From Spirochaetia bacterium (lineage in GTDB: Bacteria > Spirochaetota > Spirochaetia > Treponematales > Rectinemataceae): a stretch of DNA of 34,152 nucleotides. Under the pieces are notes generated by a model. That model made no database searches and was not told the origin of the DNA. It was given only the letters and a program-made list of their open reading frames with translations. Below are positions 1-8,898 of the stretch, piece by piece. Made by a program: the position numbers and the translations under genes. How positions within the stretch are numbered: position 1 is the stretch's first letter; each line of letters begins with the position of its first letter. The stretch is from NCBI GenBank assembly GCA_034003305.1, contig JAVEYV010000001.1:1-34152 (forward strand). Direction: 5' to 3'.

Positions 1-846
1 GAAACGGGCTTTTTCTGCCGCAGCGAGGCGAGGGTGTAGAAGGATCATGTAGGGAGTTTTCTTGCCTTCTCGCAGATCTGAACCGATAGGCTTTCCTAGA
101 CAAGCCTCGTCTCCGAAAAGGCCGAGGTAGTCGTCCTTTAATTGAAAGAGAATTCCTAGGTTGAGCCCTATCTCCTCCAGTAGCGGGGCCGCGTCGCTTC
201 TCCCCGCGGCGATGGCGCCGGCAAGGAGAGGAAGGCATATCGTATATCGGGCGGTCTTATAGGTGTAAACGTCCATGCTTTCTTCAAGATCCGGGAAATG
301 ACTGTGGGAACCGAGGCGAACATCCCTTGCCTGGGCTAGGCAAACCTTGACGAGTTCCCGGGAGAAGAGCCGCTGCATTTCGGCGCCGAAGCCCGATACT
401 AGGTTCCAGGCTGAAAAAAAGCAGATGTCGCCGGCGCATATCGCGATGGCCTCTCCGAGATGGGATGGATTCTGCGCTCCCGAATGGGCCGATTCAAGCT
501 CAAAGCGCTTATGCATGGTCGGAAGCCCCCGGCGCAGAGAATCCTCGTCCATTATATCGTCGTGTATCAGAAGGCCTGCCTGAAGAAGCTCCAGGGCGGC
601 TCCGAGTCTGTACATTTCGATCCGGGCAGGGCCCTTCTGTCCTGAATCGCTGAATAATTCCACCGAAAGACAGGCGAGAAGGCCCCGGAGCATCTTGCCC
701 GCGAGGGCATATTCCTTTAGAGAATTGAAGATCCCGGCGCTGTCCCCTGAAAATGAGGGGTAGTTGGATACTGCCTGGCTGAGTTCCTGCCGGAGTATCT
801 CTGAGATTTTTTCTTTTGTTCGTTTTGAATACTCATGAAAGCTCAT
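1..846 (-). CDS. Polyprenyl (farnesyl/geranylgeranyl) diphosphate synthase family protein; C-terminal end lies beyond the left window edge
   Basis: Absent from the ORF track because it runs off the edge. My minus-strand translation from the ATG at 846 gives MSFHEYSKRTKEKISEILRQ...LELLQAGLLIHDDIMDEDSLRRGLPTMH (first Asp-rich DDxxxxD motif). It continues to ...LGILFQLKDDYLGLFGDEACLGKPIGSDLREGKKT (second DDxxD motif). Both are hallmarks of trans-isoprenyl diphosphate synthases. Confidence 0.85.
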   Translation of the reverse strand, partial: MSFHEYSKRTKEKISEILRQELSQAVSNYPSFSGDSAGIFNSLKEYALAGKMLRGLLACLSVELFSDSGQKGPARIEMYRLGAALELLQAGLLIHDDIMDEDSLRRGLPTMHKRFELESAHSGAQNPSHLGEAIAICAGDICFFSAWNLVSGFGAEMQRLFSRELVKVCLAQARDVRLGSHSHFPDLEESMDVYTYKTARYTICLPLLAGAIAAGRSDAAPLLEEIGLNLGILFQLKDDYLGLFGDEACLGKPIGSDLREGKKTPYMILLHPRLAAAEKARF

Positions 847-990
847 GGGGTATTTATATCATACCTTGGGCAGGGCTGAAAGCTTTTAGAGTATCGGCGG
901 GCTTGGGCTTGAAAGCATTAAAACAGACGAACCTTAAGGACATCGCTTAGGCAGTTTTTAAAACTTGCCGGAATTCTATAAAAAGTTCAA

Positions 991-1027
991 TAAAAAAGCC
1001 GTCCGGATCAGGTGTTCCGAACGGCTT
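991..1027 (-). terminator. Rho-independent terminator downstream of the sigma-factor gene
   Basis: On the minus strand, AGCCGTTCGGA-acacctga-TCCGGACGGCT forms an 11-bp stem with one mismatch. It is followed directly by TTTTTTA, about 80 nt after the stop at 1107. Confidence 0.6.
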
Positions 1028-1106
1028 ATCCATATTGCATACCATCACCCGCACCCTACATGCAGGCGTGGCCCCATCCCTGGTACAAGGGAAAGGGCAG
1101 GAGAAC

Positions 1107-1976
1107 CTACGCTACGTAAGCCTCCAGTCTTTCCATCACTTCGGGAACGGAGATCTTCCTGAGGGCGGCTTTTTCGATCTGGCGGATTCTCTCTTTGGTG
1201 AGATGCATCCGATCGCCGATTTCCTTCAGGCTCATTGGGCGTCTTCCGTTAATGCCGAAGCGATATTCGATAACCTGACGTTCTTTTACGTTGAGCATTT
1301 CTAGAACCTTGTTCAGATCGTCCTTGAGACTAAGCTCCGAAGCGTAGTTTTCGGGACTCTGATACAGTTCATTTTCGACAAAATCGCCCACGACGCTGGC
1401 GTTTCTCTCGTCGTAGACAGGGCTGTCGAGGGATACGAGATCCCTGGATACAGCGACAATCTCTGCGACGTGGTCAGGATCCATATTAAGATAGGCAGCA
1501 ACGTCGCGAATTTCCTGATCCTCCGAGAGGCCTTCGAAGTTCTTCCTGGCTTTTTCGATCTGAACCAGTTCATTGGCGCGATTTAAAGGAAGGCGGATCA
1601 TGCGGCTTTTTTCGCAGACAGCCTTGAGAATGGCCTGGCGGATCCACCAGACCGCGTAGGAAATGAAGTGAAAACCCTTGGTGACGTCGTAGCGTTCGAT
1701 GGCGTTCATGAGGCCGATATTGCCTTCGGATATAAGATCCGAGAGGGGGAGGCCCTGATTCTGGTATTTTTTGGCAACATTGACGACAAAACGAAGGTTG
1801 GATTTTACCAGCATGTCCTTGGCGAAGCTCTCGCCCTGGGCTGCCCTGGTAGCGTAGTCATTCTCCTGTTCCCTGGTGAGAAGGGGAATCTTGTTGATTT
1901 CTTTAAGATAGATAGAGAGAATATTTTCGTCCGAAGCATCGTTGCCGGTGTACATATAAGAACTCTTTTTGCTCAT
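1107..1976 (-). CDS. Sigma-70 family RNA polymerase sigma factor, short RpoD/RpoS-like (group 2/3) form without region 1.1
   Basis: The 289-aa ORF shows region 2 (GNIGLMNAIERYD, FISYAVWWIRQAI), region 3 (IRLPLNRANEL) and region 4.2 (SLKEIGDRMHLTKERIRQIEKAALRKI). An AAGGAG RBS sits upstream of the ATG. Confidence 0.9.
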   Translation of the reverse strand: MSKKSSYMYTGNDASDENILSIYLKEINKIPLLTREQENDYATRAAQGESFAKDMLVKSNLRFVVNVAKKYQNQGLPLSDLISEGNIGLMNAIERYDVTKGFHFISYAVWWIRQAILKAVCEKSRMIRLPLNRANELVQIEKARKNFEGLSEDQEIRDVAAYLNMDPDHVAEIVAVSRDLVSLDSPVYDERNASVVGDFVENELYQSPENYASELSLKDDLNKVLEMLNVKERQVIEYRFGINGRRPMSLKEIGDRMHLTKERIRQIEKAALRKISVPEVMERLEAYVA

Positions 1977-1999
1977 GTGTTCTCTCCTTGCCTATATAC

Positions 2000-2016
2000 A
2001 TGCACATGCCATGCCA
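2000..2016 (-). promoter_or_regulatory. Candidate sigma-54 (RpoN) -24/-12 promoter for the sigma-factor gene
   Basis: The minus strand reads TTGGCATG-GCAT-GTGCAT against the consensus YTGGCACG-N4-TTGCW. The GG and GC dinucleotides have exactly 10 nt between them. The GC lies 25 nt upstream of the ATG at 1976. Confidence 0.45.
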
Positions 2017-2213
2017 AAAGGAGATTTATGTGAATAATTATTAGTATTTCTATATATTTATATATAATATAGATACTTATATAAAATGATGAAAGCGAGT
2101 TGTTTGGGTGGCGCGGAGGGCGGGAAGGGGCGAATTAAGAAGTATGTTTCATTATCACATGGTTGGCAAAAAATGGCTGCAGATTGTGTGTAAATGAAAC
2201 GATTGTCGCAATT

Positions 2214-2894
2214 TTACAGCTCCCTTAGGTGTTTCACCCGGCCGCAGCACTGCCCGTAAGCAAGGCCTGAGCCGCAGAGGCAGCGGTCGGAGGAGTTTTT
2301 TGCCTGGGCGCCTGTGCGCGAAGCCCCAAATGAGGCCTTTACGATAACCTTGTGAGCGTTTGAAAGGCCGAAACTCGGGTAATGGATCTTTATCCTTCTA
2401 AAAACATCGAGTTTTTCGCAGGCGTCGATGCCGGTGAGCTGGCCTGAGGCGCTGAGCTGCTTCCAAGAATCGAGGATAAGCCTGAGAACGGCATCTTTTT
2501 CCTGAAAGGAATCGAAGCGGCTTTTAGTCTTTTTTGTCAGATAATAGGCTATCTGAAGATTGGTAAAGGCATAGAAATCGTCTAGTTCGGGATTGGCCTG
2601 CCTGGGCATACCGTATTCGTTAATGCTGCGAAGGTAGAGCCGCCGGGCATAGCCTCGGCGCCGAAGTTTCTGGGCTGAGGCAAGGCTCTTGATCGCCATC
2701 GGAACCTCGTCCAGGCGAAGCAGGGCGACGGAGAGCCAGTAGAGCGCCTGGGAGAGCTCGTCGGAGCAGGAGGGAGGAATCGCGTCCACGGCTTCTCTGA
2801 GGCTGGCAATAGCCTTGTCCGGTCTGTGTCCAGCCAGCTCGCGCATGCCTCGCCGTAGATAAAAAGCTGCTGTCGGTCTTTCCTGTCTTTCCAT
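2214..2894 (-). CDS. SEC-C metal-binding motif protein with a helical (TPR-like) N-terminal part; function unknown
   Basis: The 226-aa ORF ends in DRCLCGSGLAYGQCCGRV, the CxCGSGxxYxxCCG SEC-C zinc motif. No other recognisable catalytic motif. Confidence 0.7.
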   Translation of the reverse strand: MERQERPTAAFYLRRGMRELAGHRPDKAIASLREAVDAIPPSCSDELSQALYWLSVALLRLDEVPMAIKSLASAQKLRRRGYARRLYLRSINEYGMPRQANPELDDFYAFTNLQIAYYLTKKTKSRFDSFQEKDAVLRLILDSWKQLSASGQLTGIDACEKLDVFRRIKIHYPSFGLSNAHKVIVKASFGASRTGAQAKNSSDRCLCGSGLAYGQCCGRVKHLREL

Positions 2895-2954
2895 AATGTT
2901 CCGTTGCCTAGAATATACGGATTCGTCTATGGAATGGGCAAGTCGAAGCCTGGC

Positions 2955-2993
2955 GGGGCAGCGGCGGGGCTTTCAAAGCCCCGCCGCTGCCCC
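2955..2993 (-). terminator. Perfect 19-bp GC-rich hairpin downstream of glgX (terminator-like, no clear U-tract)
   Basis: GGGGCAGCGGCGGGGCTTT-c-AAAGCCCCGCCGCTGCCCC is a perfect palindrome, 28 nt after the glgX stop at 3021. Confidence 0.4.
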
Positions 2994-3020
2994 ACACCTT
3001 AAGACGAGCCCGCGATCGTC

Positions 3021-5285
3021 TTAAGGGGCGTGGGGAGCCGCAAGAAGGACCATCGAGCGGGGGGCTAAGGCATAGGTTTTGCCCTGGGCCGGGCTTTGCC
3101 GGGCTTCCTCGACCGACAGGATAGTCCTGGGGGGCTGGGCGCCCGTATCCAGGACGGCATGCCAGGGCAGCTTCCTCGGATGCTGTGGCACCGTGAAGAG
3201 AATGCCGTGGGAAGAGGCGTTGAACATAAGGAAGAAGTCGTCGTCGCTCTGCTCTCCTGTTTCCTGGGCGGAGCCGTCGATCATTGCCGCGAGGGTATGG
3301 TTGAGGGAGCTCCAGTCCGGAGGCAGACCTCGTTCGTCGTACCAGGTGATGTCGGGAAGCTCATTGCAGTCGCTGTCTTGGCCGGTAAAGAATTCGGGCC
3401 GCCTGAAGGCCGGGTGTGCTTTCCGGAAGGCGACGAGACTTGAGAAAAAATCCAGGAGCTCCTTGTTCCGCCGGGCATCGTTCCAGTCGTACCAGCTGAT
3501 TTCGTTGTCCTGGCAGTAGGCATTGTTGTTGCCGCCCTGGCTTCGGCGGATTTCGTCGCCCCCCAGCACCATGGGGGTGCCGATGGATAGAAGCAGCGTG
3601 GCCATGAAGTTTCGCAGTTGCCGCTGGCGCTTTGCCTCGATATGGGGATCGTCGCTGTGACCTTCGGCGCCGAAATTCTGGGACCAGTTTGCGTCCGCGC
3701 CGTCCCTGTTGTCCTCGCCGTTTTCCTCGTTATGCTTGCGGGAATAGCTGACAAGATCGTTGAGGGTGAATCCGTCGTGGGCGGTGATGAAATTGATGGA
3801 GTGAAAGGGTTTTCTGCCGTCCCGCAGGTAGAGATCGCTGGATCCGGTTATGCGGGTGGCCAGGTGGAGGGCTCCGGCTTTTTCGCCCCGCCAGAATCGT
3901 CGAATATCGTCCCGGTACTTATCGTTCCATTCGGCCCAGCGGCCGCCGGGAAAGGAGCCCACCTGATAGGCCCCGCCGGCGTCCCAGGCTTCGGCGATGA
4001 TCTTCGTGTTCCGTAACAGGGGATCCTCAGCGATGGATTCGATGACCGGGGGGTTTTCCAGGAGTCTGCCCGATGAATCTCTGCCCAGGATGGAACCGAG
4101 GTCGAAGCGGAAGCCGTCAACATGCATCTGTACTACCCAGTAACGCAGGCAGTCCTGGATGAGGCTGCGCATGACGGGGTGGTTGCAGTTGAGGGTGTTG
4201 CCGCAGCCCGAATAGTTTTTGTACCGGCGTTTATCCTCGTCGAGCATGTAGTAGATGGAATTGTCCAGGCCCCGGAAGGAGAGGGTAGGCCCGAGCTCGT
4301 TTCCCTCGGCGCTGTGATTGAAGACCACGTCCAGAATGACCTCGATACCCGCCTTATGGAGCTCCCGCACCATGTATTTAAACTCTCGCACAGGGAAGGA
4401 GGGATCGCTCTGGTCGTGGGGCTGGCCGTCCATGTAAGCATAGCCAGCCTTGGGCGCAAAGAAGGCAAGGGGCGAATAGCCCCAATAGTTGCTCAAGAGA
4501 ACGCCGGTTTTTGGGTTTCGGCGGAAGTGTTCGGCGGAATCGAATTCGTGCAGGGGAAGGAACTCGAGGCTCGTAATGCCCAGTTTTTTAAAGTAACCGA
4601 TCATCTCGGCCACGCCGCGGTAGGTGCCCGGATGCTCGACCGCATCGACGCCGGGAGGAAGGGCTGTATTAAGGCCGCTCCCTCTTTCGGCGGTCCGGCC
4701 TGGTGTTTTCTGTCCGGCGGGCCGCAGCAGCCCCCGGGTGAGGCCTTTTACGTGGGTCTCGTAGATAATGCAGTCTTTTAAAGGATAGTTGAGAGGAGCA
4801 TCGCCTTCCCAATCGAAGTCGTCGTCCACAACGACGCACTTGGGCAGAGGGGCGTCGTCCCGGTAGGTAGAAAAGGAGAGATCGGCCTCGGGCGAGGCAG
4901 GGTTGTAGCCAAGGGCTCCGCTCAAGTCCCAGGTTCCATTGGTCACTGCCTTGGCATAGGGGTCGATGAGACCCCGGTTTACGTTAAAGCGCTGTCCCTG
5001 GGAAGGCTCGAAAGGGCCGTCGGCTCGCCAGAGATAGAGGGTGCCGGGTCCTAAGCCCCGAATATGGCAGTGCCACATATCGCCTGTTCTGTTGGTAAGG
5101 GGATCGAGCTGAAACTCCCGGGATGGGCTGCTTTCGTGGATACTGTCGTACAGGCAAAGGGTCATAGTCCGGGCATTCCGGGAGAAGATTGAAAAGTTGA
5201 CTCCCTCCGGGCCGGTGTAGGCGCCTATGCTGAGAGGGTTGCCTGGTTCCAGGCTGGGCTCGGCGGGTACAGCTGTGTTGCTCAC
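3021..5285 (-). CDS. glgX: Glycogen debranching enzyme (isoamylase-type, GH13)
   Basis: 754-aa ORF. The N-terminus ([31 protein letters not shown]) is typical of GlgX. GH13 conserved regions are present: [44 protein letters not shown]. The start is GTG at 5285, only 6 nt after the fabF stop. Confidence 0.92.
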   Translation of the reverse strand: MSNTAVPAEPSLEPGNPLSIGAYTGPEGVNFSIFSRNARTMTLCLYDSIHESSPSREFQLDPLTNRTGDMWHCHIRGLGPGTLYLWRADGPFEPSQGQRFNVNRGLIDPYAKAVTNGTWDLSGALGYNPASPEADLSFSTYRDDAPLPKCVVVDDDFDWEGDAPLNYPLKDCIIYETHVKGLTRGLLRPAGQKTPGRTAERGSGLNTALPPGVDAVEHPGTYRGVAEMIGYFKKLGITSLEFLPLHEFDSAEHFRRNPKTGVLLSNYWGYSPLAFFAPKAGYAYMDGQPHDQSDPSFPVREFKYMVRELHKAGIEVILDVVFNHSAEGNELGPTLSFRGLDNSIYYMLDEDKRRYKNYSGCGNTLNCNHPVMRSLIQDCLRYWVVQMHVDGFRFDLGSILGRDSSGRLLENPPVIESIAEDPLLRNTKIIAEAWDAGGAYQVGSFPGGRWAEWNDKYRDDIRRFWRGEKAGALHLATRITGSSDLYLRDGRKPFHSINFITAHDGFTLNDLVSYSRKHNEENGEDNRDGADANWSQNFGAEGHSDDPHIEAKRQRQLRNFMATLLLSIGTPMVLGGDEIRRSQGGNNNAYCQDNEISWYDWNDARRNKELLDFFSSLVAFRKAHPAFRRPEFFTGQDSDCNELPDITWYDERGLPPDWSSLNHTLAAMIDGSAQETGEQSDDDFFLMFNASSHGILFTVPQHPRKLPWHAVLDTGAQPPRTILSVEEARQSPAQGKTYALAPRSMVLLAAPHAP

Positions 5286-5291
5286 AGGGTA

Positions 5292-6533
5292 TTATTGCAC
5301 GGTTTTAAAAACTACCACAGCATTTTGTCCGCCGAAACCGATGGAATTCTTCACAAAAGCCCTGATAGGCATTCGCAGGCCCTTGTTCGGGACATAATCG
5401 AGGTCGCAGGCCGGGTCGGGGTTTTGGAGGTTTATCGTTGCGTGGACATAGCCTTCCTGCATGCCTAGAATTCCAGCGATCGCCTCGACTGCGCCCGCCG
5501 CACCGATGCAATGACCTGTCATCGACTTGAGGCTGGAAACCTTAAGCCGCTTGGCATGGTCTCCGAAGGCGGACTTTATGGCCATGGTTTCGATAGGATC
5601 GTTCAAGGGCGTCGAGGTCCCGTGGGCGCTCACCCAGTCGATATCTTCGGGCTTCAACTGGGCGTCGGCAAGGGCGAGTCCGATCGCCCTCGCAACTCCC
5701 GCACCTTCGGGATCGGGTGCGGTCAGGTGGTGGGCATCGCAGGTCTGGCCGAAGCCGGCTACCTCGGCGTAGATCTTTGCCTCCCTGGCCAGGGCATGCT
5801 GGTACTCTTCGAGCACGAGAATCCCGGCGCCTTCGGCCATCACAAAGCCGTCCCTGTCCCGGTCGAAGGGGCGGGAGGCTTTTTCCGGTTCATCGTTCCG
5901 GGTGGATAAGGCTTGTATATTGATAAAGCTGGACATGCACATGCGCACGATGCTGGCTTCGGAACCGCCGGCGATCATGGTATCGGCATATCCTTCCCTG
6001 ATAAGCCGCATGGCCTGTCCTATGGCATCGGTTCCCGCGGCGCAAGCGGTTACGATGCACTGGCAGGGTCCGGTAATGTTGAAGGTCATGGCGATCTGGG
6101 CAGGGCCGAAATTGGCCAGGGCCTTGGCTACGGTAAGGGGAGGGACCCTGGAGGGGCCCCGCTCGACCAGGCGGGTGACCGCTTCCTCGATGCTGGTCGA
6201 TCCTCCCTGTCCTGTACCGATGCAGACGCCTGTCCGCTCCGATTCGATGGTCTGGCGGGAGAGCCCCGCATCGGCCAGGGCTTCGGCAGCGGCGAAGACA
6301 GAGAACTGGGTGTAGCGGTCCATTTTCTTGGCTTCTTTCGGGTCGATGCGCAAGCTGGGATCGAAGGCTTTGACCTCTCCGGCGATGTGCACCGCCATGT
6401 CGGACGTGTCGATGAGGCTGACCGGAGCAATGCCCGAACGGCCGGCCTTGACGGATTCCCAGAAGCTGGAAATATCGTTGCCGATGGGGCTTACAACGCC
6501 AAGCCCGGTGACGACGACCTTTCTTCGTTCCAT
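5292..6533 (-). CDS. fabF: 3-oxoacyl-ACP synthase II
   Basis: MERRKVVVTGLGVVSPIGN..., active-site Cys context IVTACAAG, HGTSTPLND, and GHCIGAAGAVEA...NSIGFGGQNA. I use the internal ATG at 6533. The 23 codons upstream in the ORF track overlap fabG and look spurious. Confidence 0.92.
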   Translation of the reverse strand: MERRKVVVTGLGVVSPIGNDISSFWESVKAGRSGIAPVSLIDTSDMAVHIAGEVKAFDPSLRIDPKEAKKMDRYTQFSVFAAAEALADAGLSRQTIESERTGVCIGTGQGGSTSIEEAVTRLVERGPSRVPPLTVAKALANFGPAQIAMTFNITGPCQCIVTACAAGTDAIGQAMRLIREGYADTMIAGGSEASIVRMCMSSFINIQALSTRNDEPEKASRPFDRDRDGFVMAEGAGILVLEEYQHALAREAKIYAEVAGFGQTCDAHHLTAPDPEGAGVARAIGLALADAQLKPEDIDWVSAHGTSTPLNDPIETMAIKSAFGDHAKRLKVSSLKSMTGHCIGAAGAVEAIAGILGMQEGYVHATINLQNPDPACDLDYVPNKGLRMPIRAFVKNSIGFGGQNAVVVFKTVQ

Positions 6534-6535
6534 AA

Positions 6536-7294
6536 TCACATCCCCATTCCGCCGTCTACCTGGAGTACGACGCCGGTGAGATAGGCAGCCAAGGGAGAGC
6601 AAAGGAAAAGAGCGGCATTCGCCGTATCCTCCGCCTCTCCTACCCTGCCCAGCGGTATGCTGTCCAGGAGTTTCTGCTTGAATTCCTGGGGAATTGTATC
6701 AGTCATGGATGTGCGGATAAAGCCCGGAGCGAGGGCGTTGACCCTGACTCCCCGGGGGGCGAGCTCCCTGGCCAGGCTCTTGGTAAAACCGATGAGTCCT
6801 GCCTTGGAGGCCGAATAATTGGTCTGGCCCCCGTTTCCTATGATGCCGACAACGCTGGATATGTTGAGAATGCAGCCTTCCCTGCGCTTGAGCATGTGGC
6901 GGGCCACGGCCCGGCTTAGGAAGAATGCGCTGCGAAGATTGGTATCCTGGACCAGGTCCCAGTCCTCGGTTTTCATGCGCATGATAAGCCCGTCCCGGGT
7001 TATGCCGGCGTTGTTCACCAGAATGTCGATCCTGCTTTCGGCGGCAAGAACCGCATTAATCCCGGCCTCGGCCGAAGCTTCGTCGGCCACGTCGCAGGCG
7101 ATCCAGTTCAGGGTGGAGGAGTTTTGAGACCCTGGCCCGTTTTGGGCTGAAGGGTCAGGCCCGGGCTGGGGCGGGGTGCGCGACAGCCTGTACACCGTGG
7201 CGCCCTCGGCCTGGAATGTATCGGCCATGGCCGCGCCGATACCCCGGGACGCCCCGGTGATTACGGCTACCTTATCCTTTAGCAATAAATCCAT
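6536..7294 (-). CDS. fabG: 3-oxoacyl-ACP reductase (SDR family)
   Basis: VAVITGASRGIG (NAD(P)-binding), NNAGITRD, and the SSVVG...YSASKAG catalytic S/Y/K triad. It sits between fabD and fabF. Confidence 0.88.
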   Translation of the reverse strand: MDLLLKDKVAVITGASRGIGAAMADTFQAEGATVYRLSRTPPQPGPDPSAQNGPGSQNSSTLNWIACDVADEASAEAGINAVLAAESRIDILVNNAGITRDGLIMRMKTEDWDLVQDTNLRSAFFLSRAVARHMLKRREGCILNISSVVGIIGNGGQTNYSASKAGLIGFTKSLARELAPRGVRVNALAPGFIRTSMTDTIPQEFKQKLLDSIPLGRVGEAEDTANAALFLCSPLAAYLTGVVLQVDGGMGM

Positions 7295-7316
7295 GGTTAT
7301 CTCCCTTTACCGAATT

Positions 7317-8237
7317 TTACAGTGTCATGGACGAAATATCGTTCAGGGTGCCGCCGGCCAGGCAGGGGATGCTGGAGCCCGAGGCTTTCCACAAGCCGGC
7401 AAGAACTGTGCCGGGGCCGGTTTCGACGCAGCGGTCGAAACCTTCTGCGGCAATGCTGCGCTCCTCGTCGATCCAGCGGACAGGGCTGGTGATTTGGGCT
7501 ACCGCAAGGCGCTTGGCTTCGGCGCCGCTGCCGATCCTGGCTCCGGTTACGTTGGAGAACAGGGCTGCCTGGGGGTCGCTGAAGTTCACGCCGGCGATTA
7601 TTTCGGCGAATGCTTCGGCAGCCTGGGCCATGAGCGGGGAATGGAAGGCGCCGGATACCTTTAATCTGATAACCCGCTTGGCACCGGCGGCTTTCAGCGT
7701 GTCTTCGGCTATAGCCAGCTCGCTTTCTGTACCGGATATGACGCACTGGACAGGGCTGTTGTAATTGGCCACCCATACCTGCTTAAGACCAGCCTGAGCG
7801 ATTGTCTCTTCGATTTTCTCCGGCGCCAGATAAAGGACGGCGCTCATGGAAGAACCGCCCGAACGTTTTCCCGCCTCGTCCATGAGCCGTCCCCGTTCGG
7901 CGACCAGGCGGAACATGTCGAAGCGGGAAATCACCTGGGCTTCGGCAAGGGCAGGCCATTCGCCGACCGAAAAGCCGGCGAACCCCGAGGGGGAAAGGCC
8001 GTGTTCCCTGGCGCAGAGGGCTGCAGCAGACTCGGCCAGGACCATCGCGATCTGGGTGTTCCTGGTTTCCTTGAGGACAGTCTCGTCGCTTTCGAAAAGG
8101 AGCTTTTTCATGTCGGTCTGGCATGCGTCGGAAGCGATGTCGAAAAGCCTGCGGGTTTCCTGGCTGGTCTCGAAGATATCCTTGGCCATGCCCGGATACT
8201 GGGCTCCCTGGCCGGGGAACAGAAAACAGGTTTTCAT
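7317..8237 (-). CDS. fabD: Malonyl-CoA:ACP transacylase
   Basis: FLFPGQGAQYPGM, the GFSVGEW active-site serine motif, and VSGAFHSPLM. 306 aa. Confidence 0.92.
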   Translation of the reverse strand: MKTCFLFPGQGAQYPGMAKDIFETSQETRRLFDIASDACQTDMKKLLFESDETVLKETRNTQIAMVLAESAAALCAREHGLSPSGFAGFSVGEWPALAEAQVISRFDMFRLVAERGRLMDEAGKRSGGSSMSAVLYLAPEKIEETIAQAGLKQVWVANYNSPVQCVISGTESELAIAEDTLKAAGAKRVIRLKVSGAFHSPLMAQAAEAFAEIIAGVNFSDPQAALFSNVTGARIGSGAEAKRLAVAQITSPVRWIDEERSIAAEGFDRCVETGPGTVLAGLWKASGSSIPCLAGGTLNDISSMTL

Positions 8238-8508
8238 GTCGGCTTCCTCCTGTAAACGGTACGCAGGGTCGGCGAAATCGGTTCAGAGTGCATGGTTTAC
8301 AAAATTTTAAAAAATGTAAAGTACCGCCGTCGACTTCCCGGGTACCACAAAAGGACTATATCATAGCTTGGGTATGAAATCCTCAAAAAATCTTCTCTCC
8401 GCGAAGCCCTGCTTCACCTGGACTTGAGGTTTCAGCGCCGCTGCGTCCGCCATACGGGTCCCCGGTCGCTTCTGGCCGCCGGGGCGGGGACTGTTGTACA
8501 CTTCTCTT

Positions 8509-8883
8509 ATGGCCACAGAAACCACGAAGATGATCCTCGAGGTACTCCGCTCAATTCCTTACGGCAGGGTTGTTTCCTATGGCAAGGCGGCGGAGCTGGC
8601 GGGCTGTCCCAGGGCTGGGGCGGATGCGCGCCGCGTAGCCAGGGTGCTTCATTCAATGTCGAAAAAATATTCTCTTCCCTGGTGGCGGGTGGTGAAACGG
8701 GACGGAAGCATAGGGCTTAAGGAGGCGGCGGATCTGCAGCGCAGGCTTTTAGAGGAAGAGGGGGTGGGGTTTCTGTCCTCCGGCGAAGTGGATCTCGAGC
8801 GATTCGGTATTGGACCCGGCTTCGGTCCTTCCGGTCCCTTGGCGGAAGCGGATGACTGGGCCGATCACCTGGGACTGGGATAA
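8509..8883 (+). CDS. Alkyltransferase-like (ATL) / MGMT-family DNA-binding protein lacking the acceptor cysteine
   Basis: IPYGRVVSYGKAAELAGCPRAGADARRVARVL...LPWWRVV. The PCHRV acceptor motif of Ogt/Ada is replaced by PWWRV, as in ATL proteins. Start taken at the ATG at 8509; the ORF-track start at 8494 is a TTG. Confidence 0.75.
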   Translation: MATETTKMILEVLRSIPYGRVVSYGKAAELAGCPRAGADARRVARVLHSMSKKYSLPWWRVVKRDGSIGLKEAADLQRRLLEEEGVGFLSSGEVDLERFGIGPGFGPSGPLAEADDWADHLGLG

Positions 8884-8898
8884 TCCATAGGGAACAAA

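Noticed and set aside
4122-4781. Long antisense or alternative-frame ORFs. Examples: 4122-4781 (+), 5913-6584 (+), 7297-7776 (-), 13181-13777 (+), 21400-22059 (-), 3281-3754 (-) and 17882-18463 (+).
   Set aside because: They lie fully inside well-supported genes on the opposite strand or in another frame. Their compositions are Arg/Pro/Ala/Gly-rich and unlike real proteins, and they lack an RBS. These are typical shadow ORFs of GC-rich coding DNA.
6950-7180. A Pro/Gly/Gln/Ser-rich stretch in FabG (RTPPQPGPDPSAQNGPGSQNSSTLNW), considered as a possible insertion.
   Set aside because: Total length (252 aa) is close to canonical FabG (about 244 aa). The stretch replaces the normally variable beta2-alpha3 region rather than adding a domain.
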